Shown: in pieces, positions 1-12,360 of the stretch | Numbering within the stretch: the stretch's first letter is position 1 | Layout: each line of letters starts with the position of its first letter | Notes under the pieces: model-generated | The model's input: only the letters and a program-made list of their open reading frames with translations | Database searches by the model: none | What the model was told of the DNA's origin: nothing | NCBI GenBank assembly: GCA_030704615.1 | Contig: CM060732.1 | Span: 76,632,001-76,696,000, forward strand | Direction of reading: 5' to 3' | Length of the DNA: 64,000 nt | Source: Takakia lepidozioides | Taxonomy: Eukaryota; Plantae; Bryophyta | Made by a program: the position numbers and the translations under genes

Positions 1-100
1 CTTGCATATTAGATTACAACGTGTCCCTGCTATGTGACTGTTTGGGAAGTGCTGGTGGTGTCGTCTGGAGATGGTTTTACTGATGTTAGCTGCAACGCAG

Positions 101-1274
101 GTGTTTGAAATGGTGGTGGAGAAGACTCTAATTCAGCCCACCTTTGTAATGGACCACCCGGTAGAGATCTCTCCTTTGGCTAAGCCCCATCGAAGGTGTG
201 TGATCCCAAAAGCACATAGTCTGTTACAAGTATTCATTTGGTCAACCCTCTGGTAACAGGCAAATGCAAAATTTGAACATGTGCAGAAGAACAAAGGCAA
301 ATTGGGAAAATGAGGCTCACATAATATTACATACTACAATGAGTAAGCTTCTAGGGTTTATTGGCAGATCATCTGGATAATATGGTATCAGCAAGGGCAT
401 GGGCATTAAATTGCTGGATTAGGGATGAGGGTAGGGGTGGAGCTTCTGTCACAGTGCCCACATCCGTTAGCATCATGTGTTTGTATCTTTGCATATATTT
501 GATCTCTTGCAATCTGGTAATGACATCTTGGAAGCTAGATTAGAGAGTCCCTAAAGGTGGGTCATTGTTGTCTCTCTTGCTTGTGACTATAGCCGGCCAG
601 GGCTGGTGGAGAGGTTTGAGCTCTTTGTTTATGGCCGCGAGATGGCAAATGCATTTTCGGAGTTGACCGATCCTATTGAACAGGTTGTTCATGTAGTACT
701 AGACCGATCCTATCGAACAGGTTGTTCATGTAGTACTTGACTTATAGTTTAGATCTTTTTGCTATAACAATATGCATTGCTATGTGCATTCTTGGATTGG
801 GAGACATGCACATTCACAATGTGCATGGAATGCTCAGTGCTTGCTGTTGATTACTTGAAATTATGCAGAGAAAGCGCTTGGAGGCTCAAGTGCAAGTACA
901 CAATGCAACCATGGTGGCCGCCGCAGAGATGGCTAAGACCAAGGACGACATGGCTGTGTTACACGCAGCAAACGAGGCATATGAAGTGGGGGTGGATGAA
1001 GACTTTGTAACAGCACTAGAGTATGGAATGCCCCCCACGGCCGGCATGGTGAGAGACTACATATTGGCTCGTCTTTGCTTCAAATCTGCTGTTTGAGTTA
1101 GGGCAATGCTTAGAGTTTGATGGTCTTGTGAGGATGTATTTGTTCTGCAGCATCTTTGTGAGAGAGTGTGGGTTGCAATTGCAGGGTATAGGGATCGACC
1201 GGTTGGTGATGCTTTTAACCGACAGTGCAAGCATTCGAGATGTGATTGCCTTCCCCATCTTGAAGTCCCAATAG
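101..1274 (+). CDS. Lysyl-tRNA synthetase (class II, probably organellar type), last 4 exons; gene starts before the window
   Basis: Exons 101-195, 593-683, 869-1048, 1185-1274 join via GT-AG introns. Product: ...[22 protein letters not shown]...[27 protein letters not shown]...[45 protein letters not shown] (LysRS motif 3). Confidence 0.93.
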
Positions 1275-2526
1275 CCATTTGTTGGCATGGTGCGGCAGAC
1301 ATTGGGTCATCCATTGTGATCTAATTCTGCTCTTTCTGACAGTAAGTACTATGCTGATGAATTATGGTCGTTTGAAGGATTAGGATTAGTGTCACATGGG
1401 GTCATATAACATTCTTCTAGGCACTGCCCTACACATGTTGAGCATTCATCTGTTTCAGTTCCCAAGCACCAAACTAAATGTGATAGGACTGTCACGAACT
1501 TTAGAAACTCCCACTATATGAAACGAAGATACAGCCATTTTTGGATACTCTGTCATACGATAAAGGTAGTGGTCTCCTGATGTTTCATGCATTTGTGAGT
1601 ATGTCCACGATCCACACATTGTGCTGTGTGTGACACAAGAAATATTGTCATAAACATGAAAGCAGAGGACCATAATGTGTTCTAACTTACACTACATGTG
1701 TCTGGTTTGTGCAGCTGCACATGCATCAGGTGCACAAAGTTGGTTAACTTTCCTGATCAAGAAACACTGTGCAGGAGGTCCATTGACATTTCAAGGGAGC
1801 TCCAGGAACTGCATGATATACGAGTGAACAGTTTAATGCAGTGACCGTGACAGTTGGGCACAAATCTTATGAAGAACAGGACGAAGGTTGCAATTTTGCA
1901 CATTCTGGAGTGACAGAAGGATGCTAATGATTGTTAGGGTCTAACAAGATGGGGATGCAGCTTTGGCCCATCCGTATGATCTGAATGAACTCGCAAGACT
2001 GACACTGCAATACTATACAATCACCGCTAGTGGAAACAATGATGTGGACTGTGGACAATTGCAATGGGTAAGCATCCAGGGTTCTCCAGGTACCTCAGGT
2101 TATGAGACGAAACAAGTTCGATTCTACATGAAACATCAGGTCATCATAATGCATCACAAAATGTGCAGGTCATAAACTGCATCAAGACATCACTTGCTGC
2201 CTTGTGAGATAAACCAACCATCCACTCCTTCCTCCTAAAGATGCTGATATAGGCTTCACATTACTGTCCTCTTCAATGGCAATTGTGAATGGAACAACCA
2301 TGCTTCTGATCAAGAGAAATGTACTTAACAGGACTTGGCTTGTCATGCTTTGCACACATAGATTGTGCCCCACATTTGGCCAGGAGCAGGAAAAGGGGAC
2401 AGAAATGTTCTATAGAGAGGCAGGTTGGAGGGCCTTGCCATCATCAACATCATCTTCCAAGCCTCAACAAAGTGATGGGTTTCCCCAAGTTTCATTGGCA
2501 GATCTCTGGTTGAGGTTACACCTGAG

Positions 2527-5089
2527 CTACTCAAGCATGTAAATACGAGATCCTATATCAGAAACCAGCCAATCAAAGCCTGTGAGCAATCCCTCTCCTG
2601 TCATAGCACTACAGCCAATGATCTGCCAGTGTCGACTTCTATCCATCACCTCCAAACTGAGTACCTGTCCATGGAATTGCCTGATGAGTGCACTAGACCT
2701 CTGAAAGAAGCTTGTCAACCCTCCAGACAACAAAGTAAAAAAAGTTACTTCTTTGGGCATAGTGCACACTTCCCAATTTGCAGCACAAGAGAACTATAAA
2801 TCTGGGGCCCTGGGCCAAAGGGAGAGGTTATCACATTTAGTTCTTCAATTCGATCTCAATGAAGGAACAAGCCCATCATCTCTCTGCTTTTTCTCTCTCA
2901 GCTTAGAAACCAGTTTAAGTCGACAAGTGTTATAGTTGCAATGGGCACTGATTCTTGGGGCCCAAATGGCTCTTCCTTTTGGTTCTTCTTCGTCCCATAA
3001 ACCCTCACAACTTCCCAAGGACATCATAAAATTTCTCTCTTTCTTTCTTTGTTCCCCAACTTGAGGACCAGATGTGATTGGCAGCTCACCTGCATAAGGC
3101 CGAGCAACACTTGGATGTGCTCTTTGGTTCTCTTTGGAATTCTACATTGTCATGGGCCACTTAGGCACCCATGGATGGTACAAATTTTACTCTTTCCTAT
3201 TTCCCTTCTCTCTAGTGGACCTTATAAGTTCCACCTGGGAGGCCACCTGGGTCAATGGTCACAAAGGTACGACACGCAAAGTCTAACGAGTTTAACAACT
3301 GTTTGTAGTGCCATTTTACCTTCGCAATTTCCTCAGGTTTTAGTGAACCTTTTATATCTTGCTTGTTTGCCAGTATTAGCAATGACGCTCCGGTTAATTT
3401 CTGCATCAATGCAAAGAGTCCAATAGTACTGTTCAAAATATGACCAAGAGCTGGAGCAGGCAATGGAAGACACATAAATTTCCTCACCAAGAATCTCCAG
3501 GCCAAGAAAGCTACAAATATTTGGTTGGTCAACAATTTTGGTCTGTTTCTATTGCCAAACACTTCTGTGAGCATTTTCCTTTTTGAATGTCATGGAGTTG
3601 GTAGCCCTCACTTGCTGCTCTAAAGACCACTGTGCAACTGCTTACAGTAACATGGGAGTCTTATATTCTCAAAAGACCTTCATAAACTGACAGGCTGAAT
3701 GAAGACAAGAAACAGAGACAAACGCACATGTATGTGATTACCTCTTCTTTGAGAAGGCCATGAAGCTCTTGCCGGCAATCATCCAGGCGGCGTAGGTCCA
3801 AGCTATCCACTACCCAGACCATGCCATCAGTCTGCTCATAATAATTTCTCCAATAGGATCGCAGAGTCTTCTGTCCCCCAACGTCCCAAATGTTGAGGCG
3901 GAAGCTGTACCCATTTGCAATCAACCGATGACAAGAATGATGCAACAGATCTCTCTTCTGCCTCTCTAAGCTCTAGGTGTGAGGGGACACATTGGAAAGT
4001 TGGGCCTCCACACCCTATCACTATTTTCCCCAAAGAGGAATCTAGGGATGTCTTTGTTAAATTTAACTCCTTGTACTCAATTTCTTGATTCAGTTTCACG
4101 ATTGAGAGTCACATGTCATGAGAAGGTCAGTGGTGAGATTGAAAATGTTTTTCTTGAGTTGCCTAGATGAAGCCCCATGTACTAGCATGAAAATTGAGGT
4201 TTGGAAAAGGGCTGAGCTAATAAGTTCCTTCCTGGGCTGACTCCTTAGGTGGCTTTCTTCCGAAACATACAAGACCTTTGTGCAGCACTTGCAACCTCAA
4301 AACTAAGGAATGTCACCCAACCAGTTTTGAGGATACCTGTTATATTGCATGGTCTTGATATTAAAGCCAAGGGTAGGGCTTATGCTGCTTGTGTCCTCCC
4401 CATTGATGCGTTTCACTATTGTAGTTTTACCAGCATTGTCCAGACCCCTGTGTTCCCCAGAGATTCAAATCTACCGTGTCTGATCAGTAATATGACAAAC
4501 TGCGCATTGTGCGCATAAACCGCACACACACTATAACTGGAATTCAGGTCTAACTCCTTGGTTTTTCTTGCTCTGGATTTATGGGACACTCCAGTTCCCG
4601 TGACACATTTCACATGTAGAAAAACTAGTTCTGGTGGTTTTTACCATTTAGGGTTGGAGGACTAGAGCGGCACTTGCTGCTAAACAGAAGGCCCTTCAAC
4701 GAAACATATGCTGTCACAGTTAGAGCAAATAGCACCACAGCTCGGAAGAGAATCCATAGAAGAAGATAGCACTACAAGTGCAATACTCAATGAAGAGGTA
4801 TACGAAGGATAGAACCCAAAAGAACACATCATCATCTACGCCCACAAGCTTCTCTGACGTCACATGTGGGCAGTATTACCTACCTTCTTGGCACACATCC
4901 TGGATTGCCAAGAATCTCAGTATGCAAGCCTCCTGCTGGTCAGAGGGCCAGGTTCAGCATGCAAAATTTCGAAAACATACAAGGAAGAGATATCTGGGAA
5001 TGAGAGGGAGAGCTAAGATCTTACACCATAAGAATGCGCATTTCCTTCTCTTTTCTTTTCACTTTTCTGATAATTGTCAGTAGCCCCAT
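2527..5089 (-). CDS. ARL2: ADP-ribosylation factor-like GTPase 2 (TITAN5-like), 5 exons, 185 aa
   Basis: Exons 5089-5025, 4447-4337, 3904-3742, 3400-3320, 2664-2527 total 558 nt. [52 protein letters not shown] and GCSAMTGEG motifs. Confidence 0.95.
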
Positions 5090-5522
5090 CTCGTCTCCTC
5101 CTCCCAATCAGAAGAGCACTGCGCCTGATCAAGGTGCTTGAATGCAACGAAATCAACCGCCCAGTTCCTGATCTTCAAGACTATGTTCAAAATCAATCGC
5201 CCGCAAAGGAAATCTTGCAGCTGGAAGTTGTTCTCCCTAGAATCTGCACAACTGGATACCCCATGACCGGTTCGACCGCTGATTGCCGGTCCCAAGTCCA
5301 GTAGGTCACGGACTCCAGGAAGATGACCTATAGCCGTGGCTAGCGGACCCCAAAGCCGTCCTGTGTAAGGAACAGCGAAGGTGGTTGGGGTCTCTTTGAG
5401 AGCTGGAGGTACTTAGAGCACCCTAAAGATCTGTGTTGCAGGTGGGCTTGGGCAGGATTTGGGAGATGGTGCGCCGGCTCTGAGGGAGAAGAAAAAAAGT
5501 GGAAGAAAGTAGGCAAGTAGAC

Positions 5523-8488
5523 ATGCCTATGTCAGTGGGATCCACGGCTCCTGCTTCAGATAGGGATCGAACTTCAGAATTTCATGCCATTGTAGATCGA
5601 TTGAGGAAGACACAAGCATTTTCTGGATCGACCACAAATTCGTCAGTGCCCGCAACCAACGGTCATGCGGAGACGGCAAGGTTGCTGGGGCCTCAGCCCT
5701 CAGCTTCTGTGCAATCCGAGTTCAACAAAAGGGCTTCACAGATCGGGCTGAGCATCCATCAAACATCTAAGAAGCTCACGAATCTTGCCAAGTGTATGTT
5801 CTCCATATACCTGACTCTTTGAAAGGCAGCCACTGCAGGAGAGCTGAAATGGGTCATATCTGTGCAGTTTTTTTTTTCCCTGGACAGTCGAATGTAGCAG
5901 ATGGTCCAGGTTACAGATTGATTAATGGTTTAATCCAGGTATTGTCTCTTCTACTAGTTGTAGATGAAGGCTTTCGTTTGTAATCAGGGTCGGTGAGGTC
6001 AGATTGCTGAGTAAATATGTCAACGGTTCTGGATGGAATTAGGTTGAGGAGAAGATGGGTCGGCTGTCGTATCAGCTTTGTCAGAGGTTGCTGTCGTTTG
6101 AAATTTTTAATCATTTCAAAAGAGTCGGCAGTTGAGTGAGCCGGATAAGCCTTAAAATGAAATCTATCAAGAATTAATGTCGAGTGTTACTGCCTGAAGC
6201 AGTTTATAAGTACGATCTGATGGACTGTTCATTGAGCATTGACTGGTTAAATGGCAGTGGCAAAAAGAACGTCCATGTTTGACGATCCAGCTGTGGAGAT
6301 TCAAGAACTCACTGCGGTCATCAAGCAGGATATCACTGCCCTGAATGCAGCAATTTCGGACTTACAGGTCGTTTGCGATTTGCGGAATGATGGGGGAAAT
6401 CGAACCAAACACAGTACTGAGCACTCTACAACTGTTGTGGACAACCTAAAAAGTCGACTCATGAGCACTACAAAGGAATTCAAGGATGTCTTGACAATGC
6501 GGACAGAAGTGAGCTTGCATACTCACCTTTCTTATGATAATGCTGCAATGCAACTTCGGTTGCTTTGATTGCTTGGCAAGAAGTTCTTGTGCCTGACAGT
6601 GCTCTCTGTTATCTGCAGAACTTGAAAGTTCATGAAAACAGAAGGCAGCTGTTTTCAGCGTCACCTGTTAAGGACCAAGGCAATCCATTTGTCCGCCAGC
6701 GGCCCCTCGCCACACCCAGCAGTAGCAGTTCAAGTGCCTCCCCTGCCCCTTGGGCCAATGGAGCCACTTCAAGTTCGCAGCTCTTCAGTTCCAGGTATCC
6801 TGCCTGAAGCCAAAGCTGGATTTTGGAATCATTTATCTCAGCAGAGTCGGTACAGACTTTGAGCTATTGAATTTTTGGGGTGCTTGAAATGAGCCAAACA
6901 CCAAACATCAGAGAACAAAGAAAAACAGTTCGGGATCGTAGGATCTCTAGATTGTAGGTTCCAGCACCACTCTGCCATGTCTGTCTGTACAATCAATGTT
7001 GAATAATTTTCATGTTTCCTGTACACCTCCTGGACAATCTTCCTTGTGTTGGTCGCACATTTCTAAACAGCTGGATCAACCATGCTGAAGTCCTTGGCCA
7101 ACTAACCTTTAAAAACAAAAATAGTGATGACCAATAATCTGCCAAACACTGCATGGGGTTTATTTGGGGGTTTAATGATGGATCGCTTGACTAACAGGCG
7201 CCGGTCAAGCATAGAGGGGACATCCCCAAGGGCAGCACAAGGGCAAATGCAGCAACAAATGGTGCCAGTCCAAGACAATTATCTGCAAAACAGAGCAGAG
7301 GCACTCCAGAATGTGGAGTCCACCATAGTGGAGCTTAGCAACATTTTTACACAGTTGGCCACCATGGTTGCTCAGCAAGGTGAAATGGCAATCAGGTATA
7401 GTTTACCCCAAACATTTGTTCGGAATATGTATTGTTGCAGTCATCATTGTATTGTTAGAAGATTGTAGTGCAGTTGGGTAGAATCCTGAAGCCTTAAATA
7501 TGTAGAACTAATGATGTCAGAGATGTGCAAGCAAGCATTGAAGAGCCTGAAGTGGAGGATATTATGTCTCCACAACATTTACTGGCTTGCTTTCACAGAC
7601 GTATGCAACAAACTTACAATGCTGAGAAGGAATCCGGTTTCTCTGATCAACAATTTCCCCAAGGAGTGGATGTAAGCATCCAGGTGTTCTGCCTCTATCT
7701 CTGCTAGGAATCTCTTGGCCTTGTCTTTGTTGAGAACATGGGCAGCTCGTGTAAACAGTCTCTACATAAATGTGACTATGTTGCATTGCTTGAGATTCCT
7801 GTTACTTGAATTGTGACAAATATCCTCATTGGATGCTCCCTGGTAATGTTGCCTATGACACATCCTTCAGGATCCTGACCATAATGGTTTTGGTGGTGCA
7901 ACCCACCAGGATATCTAGGAGATTCAAGTGGAACTTTCTGAGGGGCTTGTGTACAGCTAGTGCCAGTCACAGGGAATTCAGTATTGTTCAATGTGCAAGC
8001 CATTGACTTCATACGAGGTTGATTCCAGCACTACTACTGTGCCCTATGGCTGGAAACAGATGTGACAAATGTGCCTTGTGACTGTTGCCGGACAGAGCAC
8101 AATGTCATTGAAGTAAAAATTAGGGTGATGCAACCTATTTGTGAGTGGCAGATAACATAGCGATTAGATGTTACTCGATATACCCTTGTGCCATAGACAG
8201 CACACCAGGTAGTGGAAGAAGAGAAACAGTTCAGCAGCAAGTGGGAGATGAGGGAGTTAAAAGAGCCAGTTACCACCTGCAGTGCCAAACACAGTGAGCT
8301 GACGGGAAATATTTGTATTGTATGACAGGATTGATGAAAATATTGACGACACTCTGGCAAACGTGGAGGGGGCACAAGGACAACTTCTGAAGTACTTGAA
8401 CCGTATATCATCCAATCGATGGCTCATTGTTAAGATTTTTTTGGTGTTGATTGCGTTCTTACTTATATTTGTAGTCTTCATAGCATGA
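5523..8488 (+). CDS. SYP32: Golgi Qa-SNARE syntaxin-5 / SYP31-32 family, 5 coding exons
   Basis: Exons 5523-5793, 6258-6508, 6619-6794, 7198-7395, 8329-8488. N-terminal RDRTSEF Sly1-binding motif, LAKRTSMFDDP, SNARE motif VESTIVELSNIFTQLATMVAQQGE, C-terminal TM RWLIVKIFLVLIAFLLIFVVFIA*. Confidence 0.93.
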
Positions 8489-11400
8489 AGAGATTCACAC
8501 CATCATGGACAGAACTTCTTAGGTAAGGCTGATTTTCTTTACTAGGCAGAGCCCCCCATTCATTTTGGATAAAAGAGAGAAGGCAACTTGTTGTATAATA
8601 TAAATTGCGATACATGTGACACACCTGCACCATGCTTCAATTTGTGCTTTTTGAAAGAGATCGGGCTTCACCTCTCGAGTGCATGAAATACAATGCTATG
8701 TGGCTGATGTGCTGACAAGTAGGTGAGCCCACAAAGTACAACTCCTCACAACTGCCTTTGAAGCAGTCCTTCCAGGGCTAACAATTTGTACATTGCTTTG
8801 GTGTTGGTGACGAGGACTTCAATTCACCATTCTTAATGGTCTTGCACTCGACCTAACAGTGCAAGGGGATTGCAGGTATAAAGATGTTTAATGTTGGTCA
8901 GCTTTCTTTTTTGTTTACTTCTTTTTCCTTGTTCTTTCTTTACCTTATCTCAGCAGTGGGACTGGAGGCCAGTCTTCAATTACCCCTGTGTAAGAAACTT
9001 TGAATTGCAAGACTCCAGGACCAACATCGTTGTGTATGGCAATGTGAGAGCCTAGTAAATATTTAATGTTAGCCATATCCAAGTTGATGGAGACAAAGGC
9101 AACAGGATGACCTCTATTTTTCCTTCAGCCATGTTGTTAACAGGTGGAATTGAAAAGTAGGTTCTCGAAAAACACATCATGGATTCAGATATGAGTTGAT
9201 ATCACTCCACGCTCCCTTGGAAAAATCAACGTCTCGGGTTTCTCCACTGCCCTTTACAAATCATCGTCTACAAGTGAAGGTGGGTGACTCACTGAATTGG
9301 ACTACCTTTTCTATGGCTCTAGAAGAAGACAAAGTGTACTTCGCTCATGTACGGTTACTTTTCACCACAGCTCCGACTCACTACACAGTCATAGAGGGGA
9401 AACTTGTCTTAAAGTAGTTCGAGTTGGATTCACAGCCCTGTACAAGTTGTTGAATATGGGTCGATGATCGTAATCAATCAGTTTGAAGATAGTGTTTACC
9501 AGGAATGCAAACAACACTGTCGATTTGAGGCCTGCCAGGCTCTTGGACAAAGAAACACAGATCTGTGACAGTGCTTTCCAAAGACAATTGGACCTCCGAG
9601 AGTACAGTTTATAAAAAATCGTCTAGATAGTTCTCCCAAAGTCTTACTTTTTTACCAAGTCGAGTTAAGAAATTTCGAAATCCTGTTAACGGATACAGAC
9701 AAGAATGCGGACGCAAACGAGCCCCTCGTGGTGGTCCTACCTACCACTGTTGTTTGAGGGCCTCACATCCGAAGCGCATCGATCCTCAGTTGACTTCTGA
9801 AGATGAAGGAAAAGTTGCTACAGCGATTAATTACTTTATTTTCTAGAGGTGTTGTGACGGTGAGGGGAAGCATCCCAAAGTCTCAATACCATAAACAAAA
9901 ACAAGACATCCCACATGCCGTTGCCCAGCAAAGGGGCTGCGGAATCTCAAAGGAGCTAGAGAGGGAGGGCTCAGGAATCTTGAGAGACCTACATAGAGAA
10001 GACTCCGTGTCTCCTTCAGGGGGTGGGCTCTATGCTTAGAAAGTGTATATATATTGAATATACAGTAGGTCAACTGGTTTACTTTCAGCTTGCGGTTTGT
10101 TGGTAATAGTAGTTGTGAGAGAAGATCAGATGTAATCAAGGTGGATCCATATTCATGATGTGATTCTGTGACACCCCAAATGAGACGGAACAAACAGTTC
10201 TACCATGATATCACTATCTCGCATCAGGGAAAGATGTCAAGCTAGTTGCAAGCTGCAGTTGGTCAAACCTGATTTTCCCTGGGCTTTGAATCGTTTAGAG
10301 ACCAACAGTTACCACAGCACCGACCATACTAACAACGGACGACTTCAATGGAGTTCTCGAAGTCCTCACCTTAATTTGCACCACCTGAGAGGATTTTTGG
10401 GCGTGTCTTATTGGAACCTGATAGTTTCACTCATCATCACATAGACATGAAACAGTAATCTTGAACACAAAATATTTACAGTCGCAGAGTTGTGTTGCTT
10501 TTATTCCATGCTCTAGTTCACGTCACGCTCGTCATTGATCTACAGACTCATGTATGTGCATATATATAACGTACGAGTTCACTAAACAGCACATCACCAT
10601 TTCTGCTTACACGAGTGAAAACCAGCCAGGAACGACAGGATCACTAGAGAAACAACCTGTACTACAAATTTAGCGGCAAATTCAAAACACAGGCCTGCTC
10701 TCGACTGCATTTAAGTAACTATATCGTAGAGTAACAACTTGGTAAATCAGCAGTAAGTAAAAAGTGGGCTGTATAATAGTTTAGAACAACATGTCTGAAG
10801 TCCAAGGGGAACAAAACCTGCCGGACTATTTTAGGCGTTAGCCACAGTCAGAGACTCTGTCCGGAAGGCCCGATCCAAAACAGGGCATATCATCTGCAGA
10901 GCCCACGTGCGGAAGTAGTTCTAGACGTTTAGCGTTCGCAATTTCTAGTAGCACCTCTAACCTAGTACTTAGCAGCAAGGGAAGTGGCTTGTTTCATGTA
11001 GTGTTTAACATGCGTGCAAAGAATACTGTGGTTTGAGGCCTTGGCTCTTGGAGCACAGATTTGTCGGCATCGTCAGAATTATAAACTCGTTTGTAAAAAT
11101 CTGGGTACGTAGAGTTATCGCAATGTTTCTCTTTCTAAATTTCGGAATGGATAGTGGACAAAAATGCGGGACGCAGGCGGGGCCCTCGTGGAGGGCCTGA
11201 CACCAAAGCCTATCAACCATAAACAATTTAGAAGTATCCCACATGATGCTCCCAGCAAAGTGGCCAGGGGATCAGGAACCTCCAATGAGCATGAGATAAG
11301 ACTGTCAGGAGTCGGTGGAAGCGGGACCTACAGGAGCAGGTATAAACTCTTCTCTACAGAAAATGTCTGTGGGACCTCCGATTCAATAAGCCACCCACTT

Positions 11401-11519
11401 CAAAGCCCTTCCAAAGCATTCGAGGGAAAGTGTCTATTTCTCAACCACTCAGTGAGACGGGCTGAATCTCGTACTTGAACTGTCTCTTTGTGCATTTGGG
11501 GTCTCTTCACTGCAGAACC

Positions 11520-12360
11520 ATGCCGACAACACCCGAAATTTCAGAAGTGTATCCGACCACTTCTGAGCACCTCTTTAGGCTGTTTAAGCTATTCGAGACA
11601 CATCTACCCCAGCTCGTCCCTCATATAATCACTAAGGCAGTGCATGTTCAGGGCGATGGTGGCGTCGGCACAATCAATATCTACACCTTTGGGCATGGTA
11701 TGTACAACTTTCTTCCTCTCCGCCAGCTTAGGTGATCGCATCTCATTGCCCATGTTTCAAAACTACCCAGGTGGTTATAAGCCAGTGGCAGCTCATTTTC
11801 CATTCAGTCAATTCTAAGAGTACATATTAGGAGTGTTGAAATCACTCAAGTGGGTGTGGCTCTTTGATCTAGGGTCTTAATTAGCACTGAAAGGAGATCA
11901 GACTGTCCAGAGGTGTAGTGATATGTTTCCAGCTTTATAGCCATGAAGCAGGCCATTGAAGATTCAAATTTTGCACTTGCACGGGATGCACAATGCATGT
12001 GCGGCACGATTTTAATATCTTGGACTTGATCTGCTGTTGTTGATGCGCTTAGCCTTGTCGAAAGACAGAATGGACACTACAGGGAGCGTGACCGTGACGG
12101 ACACTACCGAGGTGTATGACGAAGATACCAAGACCATGGTCATCGACGTCCAGGGAGATCCTCGGTACAGCTCCTTCAAACTGAAATTTCAGCTCTACCC
12201 CGGACCAGTTCCTGGCACTACCAAATTAACATCATTTGCAGAATACACACCAGTGGGGGATGCGCTCGGCCCAGAAGAGTATACTTGTCTTCTTCCTGAA
12301 ATATTCGCATCTCTTGTGGCCCTTCCAGAGGATAAGTTAGAGGAGTTAGAGGAGAGTTAG
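11520..12360 (+). CDS. Bet v1/PR-10/MLP-like protein, copy A (2 exons, 161 aa)
   Basis: Exons 11520-11697 and 12053-12360 (phase-1 intron). Gly-rich loop QGDGGVGT. TATAAA at 11341 and a probable 5'UTR intron ending at CAG just before the ATG. Confidence 0.8.

Noticed and set aside
5499-5522. GTG-initiated N-terminal extension of syntaxin-5
   Set aside because: Only 8 extra codons with no supporting motif; the ATG at 5523 is sufficient.
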